Shown: positions 41,158 through 51,210, numbered from the whole stretch's first letter. The stretch: DNA of 62,777 nucleotides, filler included, from an uncultured bacterium (GCA_964609495.1; 15 parts of 15 records of this genome joined end to end with filler, not necessarily neighbours in it); one strand, 5' to 3'. Program-made: numbers and translations. The notes: generated from the sequence alone by a model not told the origin.

Positions 41158-42678
41158 ATGGCTATAAGTTTGCTTTCCCCTGAATTTATAATCGAAAGAG
41201 ATGAGAATAGGTGTATCGCCTGTCAAGTTTGCGTCAGGCAGTGCGCTAATGATGTTCATATATACGATCCTGAAGAGGATGAGGTAACGAGTCAGGAGGA
41301 GAATTGTGTGGGGTGTCATCGCTGTGTAACTCTTTGCCCGACTAATGCTCTGACTGTTAGACGAAATCCCCTTAACTTTAAGGATAACGCTAATTGGACT
41401 GGATCAGCGATAAAGGATATATACAAACAAGCGGAGACAGGTGGAGTGCTTTTGACAGGGATGGGATGCGATAGGCCCTATCCTGTCTATTGGGATCATA
41501 TGGTCTTGAACGCCTCTCAGGTTACTAATCCCTCGATCGATCCCCTGCGCGAGCCTATGGAGTTACGCACTTACTTAGGGCGAAAGCCGGATAGGCTTGA
41601 GATCGTTTATTCTGGAGGTGAACCCAGGTTAGTTACTGAATTAGCTCCTCAGTTGATGCTGGAAACTCCGATCTTGTTCTCAGCTATGTCCTATGGTTCA
41701 ATCAGCTATAACGCCTGTTTATCCATAGCTAGAGCGGCTCAGATAGCGGGGACCTATTTCAACAGCGGTGAAGGAGGACTTCACCGTGATCTATACAAAT
41801 ACGGAGAACATGCCATCGTTCAAGTAGCTTCAGGACGATTCGGTGTTCACAGCGATTATCTAGGGATAGCCTCAGCGATCGAGATCAAGATCGGACAGGG
41901 GGCAAAGCCCGGTATCGGCGGACATCTTCCGGGGGAGAAGGTGAGCGAGCAGATCTCTCAGACGCGTATGATCCCGGTAGGAACTGATGCGCTATCTCCA
42001 GCACCGCATCATGATATCTACTCGATAGAGGATCTAAGACAGTTGATCTATGCTCTGAAGGAGGCGACCAGGTATGAGAAGCCTATCATAGTCAAGATCT
42101 CCGCAGTCCACAATGTCGCTCCTATCGCCAGTGGAATGGTTCGCGCCGGTGCGGATATCATCGCGATCGATGGCCTTAGAGGAGGAACGGGCGCAGCCCC
42201 ACAAGTCATCAGGGATAACGTGGGGATCCCCATTGAATTTGCCATCGCCGCAGTTGATGATAGATTGAGGGAGGAAGGTATTAGGCATCAAGCCTCGCTC
42301 CTCGCCGCAGGTGGATTCCGAAACAGCGCCGATATCGCTAAGGCGATCGCTTTAGGTGCAGATGCGGTATATATCGGCACTTCAGCCTTGGTAGCTATGG
42401 GATGTCACGTATGTCAGAAGTGTTATACTGGCAAATGCAACTGGGGCATCGCCACTCAAGATCCATATCTGACCAAGAGGCTTAATCCTAATATCGCCAC
42501 TAGGAGATTAGTCAACTTGTTGCGCGCTTGGTCCATGGAGATCAAGGAGATGCTGGGAGGTATGGGAGTCAATTCCATCGACAGTTTAAGAGGCAACAGG
42601 TATCATCTGAGAGGAGTTGGACTCACGGATAGAGAGCTTCAAATTTTGGGTATAAAGTCAGTTGGTGAAGCGTGGTAG
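41158..42678 (+). CDS. FMN-binding glutamate synthase subunit with two 4Fe-4S motifs (archaeal/Thermotoga-type)
   Basis: CIACQVC and CVGCHRC; AMSYGS, QVASGRFGV, IKIGQGAKPGIGGHLPG, SPAPHHDIYSIEDL, CHVCQKCYTGKC. Confidence 0.92.
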   Translation: MAISLLSPEFIIERDENRCIACQVCVRQCANDVHIYDPEEDEVTSQEENCVGCHRCVTLCPTNALTVRRNPLNFKDNANWTGSAIKDIYKQAETGGVLLTGMGCDRPYPVYWDHMVLNASQVTNPSIDPLREPMELRTYLGRKPDRLEIVYSGGEPRLVTELAPQLMLETPILFSAMSYGSISYNACLSIARAAQIAGTYFNSGEGGLHRDLYKYGEHAIVQVASGRFGVHSDYLGIASAIEIKIGQGAKPGIGGHLPGEKVSEQISQTRMIPVGTDALSPAPHHDIYSIEDLRQLIYALKEATRYEKPIIVKISAVHNVAPIASGMVRAGADIIAIDGLRGGTGAAPQVIRDNVGIPIEFAIAAVDDRLREEGIRHQASLLAAGGFRNSADIAKAIALGADAVYIGTSALVAMGCHVCQKCYTGKCNWGIATQDPYLTKRLNPNIATRRLVNLLRAWSMEIKEMLGGMGVNSIDSLRGNRYHLRGVGLTDRELQILGIKSVGEAW

Positions 42679-42696
42679 AGGTTGGAGGTGGAAAAT

Positions 42697-42727
42697 ATGA
42701 AGAGGATATATATAAATGAGGAATACT
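42697..42727 (+). CDS. Start of probable 4Fe-4S dicluster protein (truncated)
   Basis: GGAGGTG SD then MKRIYINEEY; expected next gene in this operon type. Confidence 0.45.
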
Positions 42728-42827
42728 NNNNNNNNNNNNNNNNNNNNNNNNNNNNNNNNNNNNNNNNNNNNTTAATTAATTAANNNNNNNNNNNNNNNNN
42801 NNNNNNNNNNNNNNNNNNNNNNNNNNN

Positions 42828-42927
42828 GGATGAAAAAGGCTAAGATAGCGGCTAATAGGATGGTCTCTATTGTCTCTCTAATGGCACTCTTCTCCTTTGT
42901 AAAGATTATAGAACGGATCTTCTTCAT
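42828..42927 (-). CDS. lepB: Probable signal peptidase I, N-terminus (truncated)
   Basis: MKKIRSIIFTKEKSAIRETIETILLAAILAFFI resembles the LepB N-terminal RE..E.I..A.ILAF.I motif. Confidence 0.55.
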
Positions 42928-42951
42928 CACTTATCATATCATCTCCTTGAT

Positions 42952-43596
42952 CTATTTAACGGTGCTGATTATATCCACCAATTGGCCTGCTTTCTCAGTC
43001 AACAGTTCAAATTTCCTCTCCTCGATAATATCTCTGCCGATCAATCCGCCTCCTATACCTAAGGCCGATGCGCCTGCTTTGAGGAAATCAGCCGCATTAT
43101 TTAAATTAACTCCTCCCGTTGGAACTAAAGGGATCTGAGGTAGAGGACCCCTTAGGCCCCTTATGTAAGCTGGTCCTAATTGTCCAACAGGAAATACCTT
43201 GATCAGATCAGCTCCCTCCTCCCAGGCGGATACGATCTCAGTTGGAGTCATAGCTCCAGGTATCACCACTTTCGAATATCTCTTGCCCATACGAATTATC
43301 TCCGGCTTGAAATGCGGCGAGACGATGAACTCAGCACCAGCCGAAATACAATCCTCGGTGCTCTCCGCGCTCATAACCGTTCCTGCTCCTATGATTATCC
43401 TATCACCCCAGCTAGCTTTAACCTCCTTGATCGAACGCAGTGCATCAGGAGTGGTCATCGTTATCTCGATTAAGTCAATTCCGCCTTCTTTGAGAGCCTC
43501 TATGATAGCCATTATCCGTTCCGAGGAATCGGCTCTAATTATAGCTATAACTCGCTTATCAAAGATTTGGCTTAGAACGTCCTCTTTATCGCTCAT
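42952..43596 (-). CDS. eda: KDPG/KHG aldolase
   Basis: IAIIR, IEITMTTP, GAGTV, FIVSP, PGAMTPTEI, KVFP, PTGGVN. Confidence 0.92.
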   Translation of the reverse strand: MSDKEDVLSQIFDKRVIAIIRADSSERIMAIIEALKEGGIDLIEITMTTPDALRSIKEVKASWGDRIIIGAGTVMSAESTEDCISAGAEFIVSPHFKPEIIRMGKRYSKVVIPGAMTPTEIVSAWEEGADLIKVFPVGQLGPAYIRGLRGPLPQIPLVPTGGVNLNNAADFLKAGASALGIGGGLIGRDIIEERKFELLTEKAGQLVDIISTVK

Positions 43597-43647
43597 CAAA
43601 CCCCTTAATGTTAGACAAGAATTAAACCTCAAAAATTCCAATTTCTG

Positions 43648-44604
43648 TCAACGCTTTATACCCTTTACTCTTCCCTCTAACAACTCCTCTATCTCCTCTA
43701 AGATGAGCAGAGCCATATCTCCAGCTATCGAATATTTCAAGGAGGCCATAGCTCCCCCGTAATCCAATCCCTTTTGGACCCCCTTCGTTAAATATCCATA
43801 TATGAATCCAGCATCGAAAGCATCTCCTGCTCCTACCCGATCCACCTCATAAGCTTCGTATATCCTTCCCCTATACATCTTATCGCTATAGGCGAGAGAA
43901 CCCTCTCCACCTAAAGTTAAAGCTACAATTCCGATATTATATCTATCCTTCAGGTATTCGGCTGCCTCCTCGGGGACGGTAGGGGCTTTCAGAACGAGAC
44001 AAGCATCAGGAATAGAGGACAGGAAAATATCGACCTCAGGAATGATCTCTTCCAGAGTAGCTTTAGCTTCCTCAGGGGACCAAAGCAGGGAGCGATAATT
44101 GATATCAAAGGAGATCAACATATTCGCTTTCTTAGCTTCTTCAATTGCTCTCAAGACTACTTGATGACAGCTCTCACTCAACGCGGGCGTTATCCCTGTA
44201 AGGTGAAGGATTCTTGCGCTCTTCACAAATTCCCAATCCACCTCCTCCGGAGTCACCTGACTGACCGCTGAATCCTTCCTATCGTAGATTATTTGACTCG
44301 CTCGAGGAAGGCGACCGAACTCGATGAAATATACCCCTACCCTTCCCTCCTTGGTCCAGATGATCCGGGAGGTATCGACTCCCTGGCCTCTTATCTCCGC
44401 GGCTATCCTCCGTCCCAGGGGATTATCGACTAATCTGCTTATCCAGGCTGATTTCATCCCCAATCTACTCAGAGCTACCGCGAAATTAGACTCGGTGCCA
44501 CCGATCGAACATTCCAAGGATACCGCTTGTTCTAAGCGAAGGCTATCCGGAGGAGAGAGCCTGATCATAGTCTCCCCTATAGTGACCACGTCTAATGAAG
44601 GCAT
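43648..44604 (-). CDS. kdgK: PfkB-family sugar kinase (2-keto-3-deoxygluconate kinase-like)
   Basis: GETMIRLSP, GGTESN, YDRKDSA, HLTGITPA, FDINYR, DRVGAGDAF; next to eda. Confidence 0.82.
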   Translation of the reverse strand: MPSLDVVTIGETMIRLSPPDSLRLEQAVSLECSIGGTESNFAVALSRLGMKSAWISRLVDNPLGRRIAAEIRGQGVDTSRIIWTKEGRVGVYFIEFGRLPRASQIIYDRKDSAVSQVTPEEVDWEFVKSARILHLTGITPALSESCHQVVLRAIEEAKKANMLISFDINYRSLLWSPEEAKATLEEIIPEVDIFLSSIPDACLVLKAPTVPEEAAEYLKDRYNIGIVALTLGGEGSLAYSDKMYRGRIYEAYEVDRVGAGDAFDAGFIYGYLTKGVQKGLDYGGAMASLKYSIAGDMALLILEEIEELLEGRVKGIKR

Positions 44605-44637
44605 TGCGAATCCTCTCTTGAATTTCAATTTTTTCTG

Positions 44638-44666
44638 ATTTTAGCATAACTTTATCTCTTTGTCAA
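44638..44666 (-). promoter_or_regulatory. Sigma70-type promoter for kdgK-eda
   Basis: Minus strand TTGACA-17 nt-TAAAAT with extended -10 TG. Confidence 0.72.
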
Positions 44667-44679
44667 TCATATTTTTAAG

Positions 44680-45177
44680 CTACTTATCACGCGACCCTCT
44701 CATCTTCTCTATATGGCTTTCATTATCCAGGAAATCTCTAGTAGTATCTCTCCACCTCGCTGTAATAGGATCAGCGAGCAGTTCCGTCTCGATCAAAGCG
44801 AATATAAGGCTCATAGTGGCGACTATCTTATCTTTAACCTTGACTTCAACGCTGACTTTGGCAATATCCCCCCGCATAGAATCTAAATTTCCTTCGATAA
44901 TAAGCTGATCTCCCGGACGGATGAAACGCCTGAACTTAGCTTTGTTTATTGTAGCCAAGACACCTCTCATATCCTTCCCATTTTGCTCTTTAACAGTTCG
45001 ATGTATCAATATCTCACAGACCTGTGCTGAAGCCTCGAGGATCAAGGCTCCGGGCATGATCGGATAGATCGGGAAGTGATCGGTGAAGTAGTCCTCGCTT
45101 AAAGTGATATTTTTCAATCCCACCACTCGTTTCCCTATCTCCAACTTTAAAATGCGATCACACATTAAGAAGCGCAT
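44680..45177 (-). CDS. fabZ: 3-hydroxyacyl-ACP dehydratase FabZ family
   Basis: FLMCDRI, GLKNIT, HFPIYPIMPGALILEA, KFRRFIRPGDQL. Confidence 0.8.
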   Translation of the reverse strand: MRFLMCDRILKLEIGKRVVGLKNITLSEDYFTDHFPIYPIMPGALILEASAQVCEILIHRTVKEQNGKDMRGVLATINKAKFRRFIRPGDQLIIEGNLDSMRGDIAKVSVEVKVKDKIVATMSLIFALIETELLADPITARWRDTTRDFLDNESHIEKMRGSRDK

Positions 45178-45443
45178 AATAACCTCCCGCGAATAGTTAG
45201 CTCCTTGAATCTCGTTTATTATGTAAAATTTGAACCCTTCTATACAGGAGGGTTCGTAAAACTTCCCCTTAGATGCTCCTCTAACTAATAAAATAAAGTT
45301 AAGAACTTAGATCATTTCACCTCTATTATATCAAACATTATTCTCTTATTCAACATATAATCTAAAAATTTTCACTTTAATCCCTCACACCTCCACTTTT
45401 TAACTGCTCTTATTCAATCTCCTCAGCAACTCTACGAGAAGGT

Positions 45444-46601
45444 TTATGCTCTAGTGAAGTCGTCCATAAAGGATAGCTGAACGGGTCTTTCCCAGCTCCG
45501 ACCATTGATTAAGATGAAGGGGGTGGCTCTCTTTATAACTGCTCCAGTTCCCTTTAACTCGTTTAGATTATGAAATCGCTCTTTAGCTCGCGTCTTCAAT
45601 ATTCTAGAAACTGATTTGGGTCCTAGACCAGGAACTCTTAACAACTCCTCTTTACTCGCCTTATTAACTTCTAGGGGGAAGAAGGCGGGATTATTAAAAG
45701 CCCAGATCAATTTTGGATCAGCGTCTAAGGGCAGGTTGCCTTTATCATCGAATATCAGATCATCGAATTTGAAGCCATAGTCGCGGAAGAGGAAATCAGC
45801 TTGATATAACCTATGCTCTCGCGCTGGAGAGGTGGGAGAACGATCCTGAAGCGGAGTCCCTTCAAGAGGCTGAAAGGCGCTGAAGTAAGCTCGTGATATC
45901 TCGACCTCTTTATAGAGCTTAGTCGTAGTCTCCAATATCTCCTTATCCGATTCGCCTGCCGCTCCTACTACAAATTGAGTCGTATGTTTGGCTTTCCTCC
46001 CTCTTTGATCAGCGAGAGATTTGATCCATCTCATTCGCTTAAGGAGATCTTCCTCGAAATTCTTTTGCCCGCTTATCATCTTGAGCCTCTCGGGATTAGG
46101 AGCTTCGAGATTAACAGATACCCTATCGGAAAGGTTCATCGCTTGTTCCACATAATCGAAGCTAGCCCCCGGAAGGATCTTCAGATGTATATATCCAGTG
46201 AAGCGATATTTAAATCTTATGATCTCAACCGCCTTGATCATCCTCTCCATCATTGCAGATGAGCTTCCTGCTACCGCCGAGCTTAGGAACAATCCCTCTG
46301 CTATCCGATGTTGATATAGCTCCATAAAGGTCTGGGCTAACTCCTCAGGTTTAAATCCAGTTCTAGGGGCATCTCGACTGCAACGGAGGGCGCAATAGAG
46401 ACAGTCGTTATCGCAAGCGCTGGTCATAAGAACTTTGAAGAGGAGGATCGTCTTTCCGTTGGGCATCGCCGCTGGATATATCCATCTCCCTTCAGCATCG
46501 CGCTTTCGAGAGGCATCCTTCCCTTGACAGAGATAGGAGCCACATAGATCATATCGAGCGGCTTCACCTAGGATATGCACTTTATCTATAGTATCCATCA
46601 T
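45444..46601 (-). CDS. Putative DNA modification/repair radical SAM protein with C-terminal HhH
   Basis: AARYDLC, CDNDCLYC, GLFLSS, GYIHLKI, REHRLYQADFL, LLRVPGLGPKS (TIGR03916-like). Confidence 0.88.
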   Translation of the reverse strand: MMDTIDKVHILGEAARYDLCGSYLCQGKDASRKRDAEGRWIYPAAMPNGKTILLFKVLMTSACDNDCLYCALRCSRDAPRTGFKPEELAQTFMELYQHRIAEGLFLSSAVAGSSSAMMERMIKAVEIIRFKYRFTGYIHLKILPGASFDYVEQAMNLSDRVSVNLEAPNPERLKMISGQKNFEEDLLKRMRWIKSLADQRGRKAKHTTQFVVGAAGESDKEILETTTKLYKEVEISRAYFSAFQPLEGTPLQDRSPTSPAREHRLYQADFLFRDYGFKFDDLIFDDKGNLPLDADPKLIWAFNNPAFFPLEVNKASKEELLRVPGLGPKSVSRILKTRAKERFHNLNELKGTGAVIKRATPFILINGRSWERPVQLSFMDDFTRA

Positions 46602-46679
46602 CGATCACCATCCTCATTATAGCATAGATCGGTAATATTAGCAATACCAGTAGTTTCAAATATTTGAACTTCCATATAT

Positions 46680-46714
46680 ATTATACCACAGATCACTGAC
46701 AACATTATGTCAGT
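46680..46714 (-). promoter_or_regulatory. PafBC/RecA-NDp-type promoter within a TGACA-N6-TGTCA palindrome
   Basis: Minus strand TTGTCAGTG-8 nt-TATAAT; plus strand ACTGACA-acatta-TGTCAGT. Confidence 0.6.
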
Positions 46715-46753
46715 AATTCTTTAATAAATCGAACAATCTTTCGATTTATTAAG

Positions 46754-46827
46754 TTAGGTAGTTTCAAATATTCGCTAGTGAGTTCAAGATATATTTCCCC
46801 CTCACCCTATCCCTCTCCCACGAGGGG
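46754..46827. repeat. Family A repeat at contig end
   Basis: TTAGGTAGTTTCAAATA...GTTCAAGATAT..CCCCCTCACCCTATCCCTCTCCCACGAGGGG. Confidence 0.8.
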
Positions 46828-47043
46828 NNNNNNNNNNNNNNNNNNNNNNNNNNNNNNNNNNNNNNNNNNNNTTAATTAATTAANNNNNNNNNNNNNNNNN
46901 NNNNNNNNNNNNNNNNNNNNNNNNNNNACAATCAAAGGGGCTTCTGACTAGGATTAAAGAATGGGGGAGAAATAAATAGGGAGATGTTTCGGCAACTTCA
47001 ACAAGTCCAAGCTAGGTTTCAATTGCTCTATAATCCTCTACTG

Positions 47044-47784
47044 CTACTCAGATTTCTCTTTTTGTTTCTCAGCCACCAAGTTTATCGCCCTTAAATAAGC
47101 ATCTATGGAGGCTCCACAGTCAGCCCACCATCCCTCTAAGATATCGTAGGTCATAGTTCCTTCGCGGATATAAGCATTGTTGACATCGGTTATCTCCAAC
47201 TCCCCTCTATCGGATGGTTCGAGAGTCTCTATAACATTGAAGACCTGGGGATCATACATATAGATACCGATCACCGCATAATTCGTCTTGGGATGTTTTG
47301 GCTTTTCCTCTATATTCACCACCTTATCTCCAACTATCTCTGGAACTCCATAGTTTTCGGGATCGGGAACTTCTTTTAGGATGATCTTCGCTCCCCTCTC
47401 CTGCCTCTCAAAGCTTTCCACTGCGCTCTTTATATTCCTCTCAATGATGTTATCGCCTAATACTACGGTCACTTTATCATCCCCGATGAAATATCTCGCT
47501 AGACCTAAAGCCTCGGCTATTCCTCCCTCTCGCTCCTGATAGGTATAATTTATATGCTCTAATCCGAAATCTTTCCCATTCCCCAGCAACCTCAGAAAAT
47601 CTCCCGCATTCCTTCCCCCGGTAACGATCATAATATCCCTTATCCCCGCAGAAACTAATATCTCTATGGGATAGTAGATCATCGGTTTGTTATAGATTGG
47701 CAAAAGGTGCTTATTGGTGATCTTCGTCAGGGGATATAATCTAGTTCCTAATCCTCCTGCTAAGATTACACCTTTCATAGTCAT
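47044..47784 (-). CDS. Sugar-1-phosphate nucleotidyltransferase (glucose-1-phosphate thymidylyltransferase/SpsI-like)
   Basis: MKGVILAGGLGTRLYPLT, NKHLLPIYNKPMIYY, LGDNI, EEKP, PSDRGELEITD. Confidence 0.9.
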   Translation of the reverse strand: MTMKGVILAGGLGTRLYPLTKITNKHLLPIYNKPMIYYPIEILVSAGIRDIMIVTGGRNAGDFLRLLGNGKDFGLEHINYTYQEREGGIAEALGLARYFIGDDKVTVVLGDNIIERNIKSAVESFERQERGAKIILKEVPDPENYGVPEIVGDKVVNIEEKPKHPKTNYAVIGIYMYDPQVFNVIETLEPSDRGELEITDVNNAYIREGTMTYDILEGWWADCGASIDAYLRAINLVAEKQKEKSE

Positions 47785-47797
47785 AACCTCCTTCTTT

Positions 47798-50734
47798 TCA
47801 ATGGACGAGATCATCAAGATCAATTCTATCGAAGAGTTCATCTGCTCTAGGAAGCAAGCTCAAAGTTCGTTTTATAGCGGTGATGACTTTTAACAAGTGA
47901 GTTATCTCTCCAGAGGATAGCTCTCTTCCTTTTCTATACTTGAGATACTTATCTAAAACTTGATAGCTCCCAACGGTATATTCCCAAACCTCCTTGGGAA
48001 CTTCGCCAAAGTATTGTTCTTCGTTGATATAGAGCCTCTGTTCTTTCTCTTTATAATCAGGCTTCACTACTTTATGGTCCCCTGGAATTGGATAACTAGC
48101 ATCAAATTCATCTAAATAAGGAGACTCTAAAAGATGAAGTTCGCCGATCTTCTCTCCTATATCGGCTATCTCCAAGAAGAGCTTATGATCTTTAGTGAAG
48201 GGAATCCTCGGAAAGTCTATCCTTAGAAATTCCTGATAATCATGGCGATAGGTTTCGGAGTGCATAACTCCATAGCAGTAGAAGAGGATCTGTTCAGGAG
48301 TAGGTTCTTCTCCATAAGTTTTGGCGAGCTTCTTCACGAAATCGGATTTGAGGTTAGACGCTCTTTTCTCTACAGTCGTTTCATTATCGTTATCATCAAG
48401 ATAGAGATAGAGAGGGAAAGTATATGATTGAGCTCCTAAGAAATTAATATCTGCCAACCTCTTTGTAATAAAGCAATGCTTAAAACTTGTTCTTCTTTCA
48501 AAACTTCGTCTTACAATTAATCCCAGATTATCACCAAATAGAAAGTTCTTCATTATATTATATCTATGCCTAATAACCTTCTTCAGATCATACTCTATTA
48601 TTCGCTCATCAAAGGGTCTATATGAATAGGGTTTATCATAATCCTTCATGGTAATTCTGTATTTTACGAGTTTTTCATCATTATGCGTTTTCACACCGCT
48701 GCTATATTCGTTAAATATCTCATTAATTCTGGAAAAATTTCTGTAGATTTCCCCATCCTCCCAATTTTTCTTCACAAAGAACCAATACGGCTCTCTCATC
48801 TCTAACTCTTCCCACTCAACTGTTTCCACATCACTATCGAGAAGATATAGATATTTAACTTTCCTTAATCCATATAGGTCGTGGTAATAAACCTTTGTCT
48901 CTCCTCCACCTTTCCCAGTCTTCACAAATAGAGCTATCCCCACCCCTTGTTTAATATCAAAGACATTCTCATCCTTAGAGCCATCGGGGCAGGTCTCCCC
49001 GATATTAGAATTGCCATGCAAGTTCAAGATATAGATCTCATCGAAGCTCTTCAAAAGCTCCTCCCTCATCCCTCTATGGATTAAGCCCGATAGATAGGAA
49101 TTATTGGAGATATAGGCAAAGATCCCTTTTCCTCCTTGCTCGATCTTCCAGTGAGCAAAGCGAATGAACTTGATATAATCATCGCTTAAAGGCTGGATAT
49201 TCGTTTCGCCCTTAACCGCCTTCTTATAGTCCCTCATCAGTTTCTCGATAAATTCCGATTTATTACTTGAGGAGACCGAATAAGGCGGATTCGCTAATAC
49301 CACCAGAATAGGAATCTCCTGCTTTACCTCCTGAGCCTCCGCAGTTTCGGTAGTCAGAGCCTCATAGAAAGGCAGATGTATAATTCGGATATCCTTGCTC
49401 TCCAAAGCGTTAGTAAGATAAACTTTAAGTCTATCATTCTCTCGCAACTCATAACCAAGCTCAGCAAGAGCTAAGGAAAGATTCAGATGTGCCATCGCAT
49501 AAGGAGACATCATCAATTCGAAACCATAGACATCCTTTAGAATATGTTCCCGAACGAAGTCAAAGAAGAGACCTCCTCGTCCGCTATTTACAACCTCCTC
49601 TTTAATCTCTTGAATAATCCTCGCTAAAAATGTTCCTGTTCCACAGGCAGGATCTAGTATCTTGACCTCCTTATCAGCTAAACCCAATCTCTTACCAAAT
49701 TTCTCTTTAAGCAGTTCATTCACTGAACGGACGATAAAGGATACTACTGGCTCAGGAGTGTAATAAACACCTCTTCTCTTACGAATTTTGGGATTATATT
49801 TCGCCAAAAAGGTTTCATAGAAATGGATGATCGGATCTTCGCTTCCAGTGCGATGATATATCTCCCTCAAGATATTAGAGATGTCTGCATTGATCAAGAT
49901 ATTGGTGAGATCCTCTACGATGAAAGTGGGTTCCTCGGGTAAGTCGTTACTCGCTACAAATTGGAAGACCTCATTGAGTAGGGGGATGGATTTAGGGATA
50001 TATGTATAAGCTAGATTCCTTGAAAATTGCCCGTTTGCGTTTATCCTGGCTAAGAAGAAGCCGTAAGAGATGGTTTGAGCATACATATCGGAGAAATCTT
50101 CAGGAGATAGATCATTGATAAGCGTTTCTTTAAAGGCTTCTAGGAAACTGTAAAGGTGTCCTTTCTCCTCTGGAATTTCCCTTTTCACCTGCTCCAGGAT
50201 AGTGTTTCGGAGAAGCTTTGTCCTTCGAGCGAGTTGCAAGGCTAACTGCCTAGAGGTATAGATCGCCTTAATCTCGTAGGAGAAGAAGCTCTCGAAGAAC
50301 TCCTCTATCTCATCTACTTCCTTTATATCAAATCTATTCTGAGAATCGAAATCATCCCTATTCAAAAGCTTTATCTTCTTAACTAATTTACTATCTCTAA
50401 ATAGCCAAAAGTCAAGATAATTGGTTAGGATAAGGTTATCCAAAGCCTCGATATACCTCTTCAACTGATCTGTTTTAGCGACTCTCTGCAAATTCTCCTC
50501 TGGTATATCCTTTGCCTCAAGATAGCCGATGAGGGAGATATTATCACCTCCCCTAATGATAAAATCAGGTACTCCTACTTCACTTCGTTTTGGCTGAGGA
50601 GTAACTTTTATTCTCTCAGAGGCAATCCTTTCCAGGAGAGCTTTAATGGTGGGATAATGAGTTGCCTCGGTAGCGTCTTCATTTTCGCAATTACTCTTTA
50701 ACTCTCTCAAGTAATCGTTAAGTATAATCTTCAC
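47798..50734 (-). CDS. Type IIG-like fused restriction endonuclease/N6-adenine methyltransferase with type ISP-like C-terminal domain
   Basis: PDF...YLEAK nuclease; GVYYTP, LDPACGTGTF (motif I), NPPY (motif IV); YSYRPFD, DFPRIPF, VGSYQVLDKYLKYRK. Confidence 0.88.
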   Translation of the reverse strand: MKIILNDYLRELKSNCENEDATEATHYPTIKALLERIASERIKVTPQPKRSEVGVPDFIIRGGDNISLIGYLEAKDIPEENLQRVAKTDQLKRYIEALDNLILTNYLDFWLFRDSKLVKKIKLLNRDDFDSQNRFDIKEVDEIEEFFESFFSYEIKAIYTSRQLALQLARRTKLLRNTILEQVKREIPEEKGHLYSFLEAFKETLINDLSPEDFSDMYAQTISYGFFLARINANGQFSRNLAYTYIPKSIPLLNEVFQFVASNDLPEEPTFIVEDLTNILINADISNILREIYHRTGSEDPIIHFYETFLAKYNPKIRKRRGVYYTPEPVVSFIVRSVNELLKEKFGKRLGLADKEVKILDPACGTGTFLARIIQEIKEEVVNSGRGGLFFDFVREHILKDVYGFELMMSPYAMAHLNLSLALAELGYELRENDRLKVYLTNALESKDIRIIHLPFYEALTTETAEAQEVKQEIPILVVLANPPYSVSSSNKSEFIEKLMRDYKKAVKGETNIQPLSDDYIKFIRFAHWKIEQGGKGIFAYISNNSYLSGLIHRGMREELLKSFDEIYILNLHGNSNIGETCPDGSKDENVFDIKQGVGIALFVKTGKGGGETKVYYHDLYGLRKVKYLYLLDSDVETVEWEELEMREPYWFFVKKNWEDGEIYRNFSRINEIFNEYSSGVKTHNDEKLVKYRITMKDYDKPYSYRPFDERIIEYDLKKVIRHRYNIMKNFLFGDNLGLIVRRSFERRTSFKHCFITKRLADINFLGAQSYTFPLYLYLDDNDNETTVEKRASNLKSDFVKKLAKTYGEEPTPEQILFYCYGVMHSETYRHDYQEFLRIDFPRIPFTKDHKLFLEIADIGEKIGELHLLESPYLDEFDASYPIPGDHKVVKPDYKEKEQRLYINEEQYFGEVPKEVWEYTVGSYQVLDKYLKYRKGRELSSGEITHLLKVITAIKRTLSLLPRADELFDRIDLDDLVH

Positions 50735-50770
50735 CTTATATCCTCCGCGTTAAGCAGTAAACTCTACAAA

Positions 50771-50799
50771 ATTATACTAAACGTGCATACATAAGTCAA
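50771..50799 (-). promoter_or_regulatory. Sigma70-type promoter for the R-M gene
   Basis: Minus strand TTGACT-17 nt-TATAAT. Confidence 0.7.
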
Positions 50800-51053
50800 G
50801 AGATTTAGGTAGCTTCGAAGCATATAAAATTGGNNNNNNNNNNNNNNNNNNNNNNNNNNNNNNNNNNNNNNNNNNNNTTAATTAATTAANNNNNNNNNNN
50901 NNNNNNNNNNNNNNNNNNNNNNNNNNNNNNNNNTTATGCTGAAGACGGTCTTGGTGGTGTTATTCGGGAGGGGGGCTTATTAATAGCTAACTTTGACAAA
51001 GCAAATCAGGGGGGTCTCACTTCCTAAATAGATCTTTCGATCCGACTAAAGGG

Positions 51054-51104
51054 TAAAGAGAACTTTTGCAGGTAACAAAACTCAAGGTAAAAAAGTTTCC
51101 TTTA
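51054..51104. repeat. Family B repeat, short form
   Basis: TAAAGAGAACTTTTGCAG..AAAACTCAAGGTAAAAAAGTTTCCTTTA, close match to 4869..4919. Confidence 0.8.
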
Positions 51105-51210
51105 TTGGTGAGCGACGGGACATACCCGTCGCCTAACCATATATAATCACCCAATTCTATATATCACTCCTAAAAAGTGACGATCTTTCCTAATTATATT
51201 TCAGCTAGTA

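Noticed and set aside
45231..45256. Hairpin GAACCCTTCT/GGAGGGTTC in the fabZ leader as a riboswitch
   Set aside because: Single hairpin with no recognisable aptamer motif.
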